From assembly GCA_963755125.1 (NCBI GenBank), contig CAVWIP010000017.1, forward strand, positions 32,001 through 96,000: a stretch of 64,000 nt of DNA, in the 5' to 3' direction. Shown here piece after piece: positions 59,741-64,000 of the stretch. Numbering within the stretch: the first letter of the stretch is position 1; each line of letters opens with the position of its first letter. The stretch is from an uncultured delta proteobacterium. GTDB lineage: Bacteria > Myxococcota_A > Polyangia > Fen-1088. Under the pieces are notes generated by a model. That model worked only from the letters and a program-made list of their open reading frames with translations, had not been told where the DNA came from and searched no databases. The translations under genes and the position numbers were made by a program.

Positions 59741-62494
59741 TTATGAGAGCGCCCGCGAAATTCGATAATAGCGCTTGTCCAGGGCGTCCTTCCCCCCTTC
59801 CATCACTTCACACACGGCGCGGCGAACCTCCTGCCGCTGAAGCGCTCCCATGGCGCCGGCCCAAATCTGGCCTCCCCCAAAGCGCATCTCGATTATCTGT
59901 TCCGCTGCACCATTCACAGGGATATTGGGGTTGTGAGTCACGACGATCACCTGCTGTTTCCTTTTCAACCGCCGGAGGCCAGAAACGACAAGAGACGAGA
60001 TAAGGCGCGTGTCCAGATCGTCCTCGGGCTGGTCGATAATGAGCGGTGAATCATCAAGTGAAAGGACAAGGCCAAGAAGGCCGGCAGTTCGCTGTCCTGC
60101 CGACCCGGTTTCGATGTCCTCAACAGAGCCATCTGCCCTCACCAGGTCCAGATGCAACCTGTCATCTGGAGTCCATGCCGCGACACGATCCAAGTCTTCC
60201 GGTGTATTGAGGCGGAGTTGTTCGAGGTGCCGAGCGAAACGACGATCAAGACCCTTAGGATCAGCATACGTGGCCTCCCGCAGGATGGTCTGAAAGCAGG
60301 CCAGCCTTTCCCAGCGATCCTCCGCATGAGGCTGCGCGACAATCTCGGCTAAATGCCCGCTCGTCGTGCCGCCGTCGCAAGAACGAAAGATGTCATTTGC
60401 AAACTCGTCGCCAGACTTCCTAATCAGCTGACGTAGCTCCTTCTCCGCAGCTTCTCCATTACCCATTTCCTGAAGCGTGACCCTTATGTGCTCGCCAGTG
60501 TTTGCCTGCATCCAAGTGTCGATTGCACGCTTCCTCTCTGTACGAAGGAACCGCTCCTGAACTTCTATCTCCTGCAACAGACTTGTCCCCTCTTCGCGCA
60601 GTCTCGCCAAGTCGCATTCGTGTTGGGCCAACTTCTTCACCTTTGCCTCAAGCTCTGCGCGCTGCCTAAGCAAGCCTGAATAGCCCACGATATCGGCGTC
60701 ACCAGCCGCCTGCTGGACCAGGGTCCTGAGTTCCCCATACGCCCGAAGCGTCTCGTCGAATCTAGCCTTCCAAGGAACCCTCTCATAGGTGGAGGTCCAC
60801 TGGCTGCTCAAGGAAACCAAATCAGCTTCAACGGAAGCCAGTTTCAAATGCAACAGCTCATAGGCAGAAAGCACCGCTTGTAGTGGAGCGCTCGATGAGT
60901 CGCCGAGCGCAACCTTCAGGTCATTTTCCAATTCAATATGAGGAAACTGGCGGCGTGTCTCGGCGAAGGTGGCAGCCGTTGTCTCCAAAGCCACCCGTTT
61001 AGCGTCCAGCCCTTGCTTGGTAGTCTGGGCAGAGCGGTAATCCCTTAGCAGCTGTTTGTGGGCGCTGTCCTCGAAGATACCAATCTTCGCTCTCACGTCC
61101 TCCAAGTCAGCGCGAGCGTGGGCAACTGCGGCGATCTCCTTCTCAACCTGCCGAAGATCGCGGCGGTTTTGTAGCCACTTCTCCGTGCTAGACTGACGCT
61201 TTTCCAGCCAAGCACGCTTATCCCACCGCTCATCAATCAGGTTCAGCAACACGTCGGGCTGCTTCGTCATCTCGTAGAGCTGCTTCTGGCTGAAGATCCG
61301 GACGGGAAATCTCTTTTGGACGTCGCCAACATCGTCTGTCGTCGCCCAGGTGCCGCCGGCATCCTGTTCCTCCTGAGTGCAGGAGCCGTCGCTCTTCCAG
61401 ACGAGCGCAATGTCACGCCCATCCTTGACCAACTCCAGCCTGATGGATGTCTCTTGCCTCAACATGCCAGTCTCCCCACGCCCAACTGGAATGCGGTTGA
61501 ACTTGTCGAATTCTGCCTTGACCTCGGGTGGCATCCCGTCGGTCTTAGCCAAGACTATTCGCAGAAGGTCCAAAATCGTAGATTTGCCAGAGCCTCTGCC
61601 TCCGATGAGGGTAGTCAACCACGGGCTCAGGTTCAAGGTGAGATCTCGCCCGTTGCCGATCTTTTGGCCTTCGGCGACCGTCAACCGCCTGAGATGAAAG
61701 CGCCGGCCAACTTCGTTGGGGTCCGCGGGCGGGTCCTGTAAGGATCGCACACCGTCCTCGCCGTCGTGAAGAGCTAAACGGAGGGCTTCAAGGGAAGGCG
61801 ACTCCATCTTTACCCAAGCGTAGCGCCTTCCCACCGTAGCTGGGTGGTGCGTATCGGAGCCCATGACCGAGGCAAGGCTGAGCTTGAGCCCGGAGTACGT
61901 CGCGGGAGGTATGTAGGCGGGATCAATCAACTCCATGGCGAGTAAACCATCGGATTGCAGCGTCTGCTTCAGGGTGGGGCCACTTTGTTCCTGGAACAGA
62001 CCCGAGGGCGCGTCTGCGTGTGCAAGTATCGGGATACCGCCTTCCTGGCAAATCAGGTCGATCACCTCAGAACATGACTTCGTCGTGCAATCATCTGTCC
62101 TGCCGTATTGGCCACGGAAGCCGCACTTTGAGAGCAACCCGACGATGGTACTTCCGCAGGCGTTTGGGTCGAAGACCGCGATGACGTGAATTCCCCCGTT
62201 CACGCTTAGTTCGACGCCGGGAAACAGGGTTATTGGGCGGAATTCTGCGGATTTCTCGGAGTCCATGCGTGCCACCTCCGATTTGAGGTCGTCAATCCAT
62301 TCTCCGCTGTTGTGGTCGGTAATGGCAACGCAGTCCAGACCAGCCCTCATGAAGTCGAGAAGCCACTCGCGAGGAGTCCGTGACTTCAACGCCACTTGAT
62401 CGTTTCCCTTCCCGTAGTCATCCGATTTGGGGGTATGGGTGTGAAAGTCGAACTTCCACCAGTTTGCACCGAAGTGGCGTGTTGTGGCGCTCAT
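59741..62494 (-). CDS. PHP phosphoesterase + SMC-like ABC ATPase (TrlF/Ppl-type defence protein)
   Basis: DFHTHTP, AITDHN, PGVEL, GSDTH; GGRGSGKST, coiled coil, GSAGQR, IIDQPEDDLD, VTHN. Confidence 0.85.
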   Translation of the reverse strand: MSATTRHFGANWWKFDFHTHTPKSDDYGKGNDQVALKSRTPREWLLDFMRAGLDCVAITDHNSGEWIDDLKSEVARMDSEKSAEFRPITLFPGVELSVNGGIHVIAVFDPNACGSTIVGLLSKCGFRGQYGRTDDCTTKSCSEVIDLICQEGGIPILAHADAPSGLFQEQSGPTLKQTLQSDGLLAMELIDPAYIPPATYSGLKLSLASVMGSDTHHPATVGRRYAWVKMESPSLEALRLALHDGEDGVRSLQDPPADPNEVGRRFHLRRLTVAEGQKIGNGRDLTLNLSPWLTTLIGGRGSGKSTILDLLRIVLAKTDGMPPEVKAEFDKFNRIPVGRGETGMLRQETSIRLELVKDGRDIALVWKSDGSCTQEEQDAGGTWATTDDVGDVQKRFPVRIFSQKQLYEMTKQPDVLLNLIDERWDKRAWLEKRQSSTEKWLQNRRDLRQVEKEIAAVAHARADLEDVRAKIGIFEDSAHKQLLRDYRSAQTTKQGLDAKRVALETTAATFAETRRQFPHIELENDLKVALGDSSSAPLQAVLSAYELLHLKLASVEADLVSLSSQWTSTYERVPWKARFDETLRAYGELRTLVQQAAGDADIVGYSGLLRQRAELEAKVKKLAQHECDLARLREEGTSLLQEIEVQERFLRTERKRAIDTWMQANTGEHIRVTLQEMGNGEAAEKELRQLIRKSGDEFANDIFRSCDGGTTSGHLAEIVAQPHAEDRWERLACFQTILREATYADPKGLDRRFARHLEQLRLNTPEDLDRVAAWTPDDRLHLDLVRADGSVEDIETGSAGQRTAGLLGLVLSLDDSPLIIDQPEDDLDTRLISSLVVSGLRRLKRKQQVIVVTHNPNIPVNGAAEQIIEMRFGGGQIWAGAMGALQRQEVRRAVCEVMEGGKDALDKRYYRISRALS

Positions 62495-63864
62495 GGCGTG
62501 GCTCCTCTCGGGGTGCGCGACGAGCCTCCCAGCAGCCGGCCGGTAAATGCCTTCTGGAGGATGGACTGGCGCAGGCGGGTGGCGCGCTGGAGGTTGGCGG
62601 CCACCGCCGTTTCCAACTCCTCCACCACGCTCAGGCGCCGTTCCACCTCGGCCACGATCCGCGTCTGCTCGGCGACTGGGGGAAGAGGGAGTACGATGGA
62701 TTTGATCTCCCCGAGGTTCAGCCTTGGACGACCTACTCCGTGAACCATTCCTTTGGTTCTCTTGCGGACCGGCTCGGAGTTGAGGACAGCGTTCAAGTAT
62801 TTCGAGGCTACAGAGCTGTGCGGCTTGAAGCGAATGCAGTCGGCCTTGACGATGGCTGGGCCTAGCGATTCTGGAATAGTGCAGGAGCGCGGTGGATTGT
62901 CGCCGAACCCAGCGATCACCACATCATTTGCGAACACTCGGTGCTTCTGAAGGCCCTCAAAGTGCGCCTGCGAAATGTGGGCGCGCTCATCGACGTAGAC
63001 GCCATCCCCGATGTTCTGGAGGCGAATGACACGGGGGCCGCTTTCCACATAGTGCTCGGTCTTGAGGTTCGAGCCAAACGGACCGTCAGTAATGGAATTC
63101 GGTTCGGGTGCTGCAAGTTGTTCAACCCTCGCCCACGTCCAGCCTTTGGGATGGGGTGGGAAACTCGTGGTGTCGGGCGCAACGGGTTCTTGGTAGCTGC
63201 CCCGACCTTTCCAGTTCTTGCGGCGTTCGGTGAGGATGCGGGCGAGGAGGGCTTCGCCGGTTTCAAAGGTCGATTTGCGCTTGCCGGTCTTGGCGAGTTC
63301 GGCTTCGGTGGGGACGAGGCGGCCTTCGCAGGCGGCTTTGAGCACGGCGGCGCGGTAGCGCTTGAGGTTGGCCTGCACCCGCCGCAACGCCGCCACGCCC
63401 ACCTCCAGCCGCGTGAATTGCTTGTCAATCTCCGCCACAATTCGCCGCTGTTCGGGGAGCGGGGGAACAAACAGCCTGGCCGTCTTCAGGTGTTGGAAGT
63501 GGCGAGCGTATCCCTTGTCGGGGAAGTCAAGAGCGTGAGCTATCAGATACAGCCATTTGGCATCGACCCCGAGGGGCTTCAGCACTTTCACTCCATCCGC
63601 GCCTGGCACGAATGGCTGATCCAGATACTTGAAGGCGCGCGTGTGATCGCCAAATACCAATAGGGGCAGGTCTTGCGATATGACCCTGTCCGCGTCGTCA
63701 GAGTAGCCACCGATAAACCGCTGCCCTTGGTCCACAACGGGAAAACGCCCCGATTCCAAATACTCCCCTCTGGGGAGTTTCTTTTCATTGGTAGAAACAG
63801 TTGAGACCACTGCTCCAAAAGTGGTTTCCGTCCAACCATGCGGCAGCCCGGAGGTCGCCGTCAC
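62491..63864 (-). CDS. hsdS: Type I R-M specificity subunit
   Basis: LPHGW; two TRDs; PPLPEQRRIV and PLPPVAEQTRIV conserved regions; SILQKAFTGRL. Confidence 0.93.
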   Translation of the reverse strand: MTATSGLPHGWTETTFGAVVSTVSTNEKKLPRGEYLESGRFPVVDQGQRFIGGYSDDADRVISQDLPLLVFGDHTRAFKYLDQPFVPGADGVKVLKPLGVDAKWLYLIAHALDFPDKGYARHFQHLKTARLFVPPLPEQRRIVAEIDKQFTRLEVGVAALRRVQANLKRYRAAVLKAACEGRLVPTEAELAKTGKRKSTFETGEALLARILTERRKNWKGRGSYQEPVAPDTTSFPPHPKGWTWARVEQLAAPEPNSITDGPFGSNLKTEHYVESGPRVIRLQNIGDGVYVDERAHISQAHFEGLQKHRVFANDVVIAGFGDNPPRSCTIPESLGPAIVKADCIRFKPHSSVASKYLNAVLNSEPVRKRTKGMVHGVGRPRLNLGEIKSIVLPLPPVAEQTRIVAEVERRLSVVEELETAVAANLQRATRLRQSILQKAFTGRLLGGSSRTPRGATP

Positions 63865-64000
63865 TTCCGCCCCTCGATCTGTCTGCGCGTCTCTTCCAGC
63901 TCGGCAGAGAGGAGCTTTTCATTCGGCAACGCGGTGAGGTACTCGCGGACGAGCAGTTTGTTGGGCAAGGCATCGGTGGCGTAGTGGACCAGAGCCTCGC
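63861..64000 (-). CDS. YhcG/DUF1016 PDDEXK nuclease-like protein, C-terminal end (runs off window)
   Basis: EALVHYATDALPNKLLVREYLTALPNEKLL..EL; stop overlaps the hsdS GTG start. Confidence 0.7.
   Translation of the reverse strand, partial: EALVHYATDALPNKLLVREYLTALPNEKLLSAELEETRRQIEGRK

Overview
This GC-rich window looks like a Myxococcota (Polyangia-like) genome, judged from its Gly/Thr-linker Cys-rich lipoproteins, DUF4215/fibro-slime protein and ECF-FecR pair. It reads as a decaying mosaic of genomic islands with two defence clusters. Left cluster (about 0.5-20 kb): an AIPR remnant, a PIN-like orphan, an HNH nuclease and a complete three-gene Detocs-type system (TPR-like/HATPase sensor, stand-alone receiver, receiver-PNP effector). 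Two apparently identical 1280-bp IS3 copies with 3-bp target duplications interrupt the AIPR remnant and the Detocs effector. Right cluster (about 51-64 kb): a type I R-M locus (yhcG-hsdS-hsdM) with a Ppl-like PHP-ATPase nested between hsdS and hsdM, followed by a PARIS-like ATPase-TOPRIM fusion; hsdM and the PARIS-like gene each carry one frameshift, and a deleted relic of the same R-M locus lies 7 kb away. In between are an integrase remnant beside the 5' half of tRNA-Gly(CCC), extra ihfA/ihfB-like genes, dinB, many shuffled lipoproteins, a lipoprotein serpin with predicted P1 Asp, a 723-bp internally deleted transposon and several families of repeated non-coding motifs. All family calls come from motif recognition by eye; no database searches were run.
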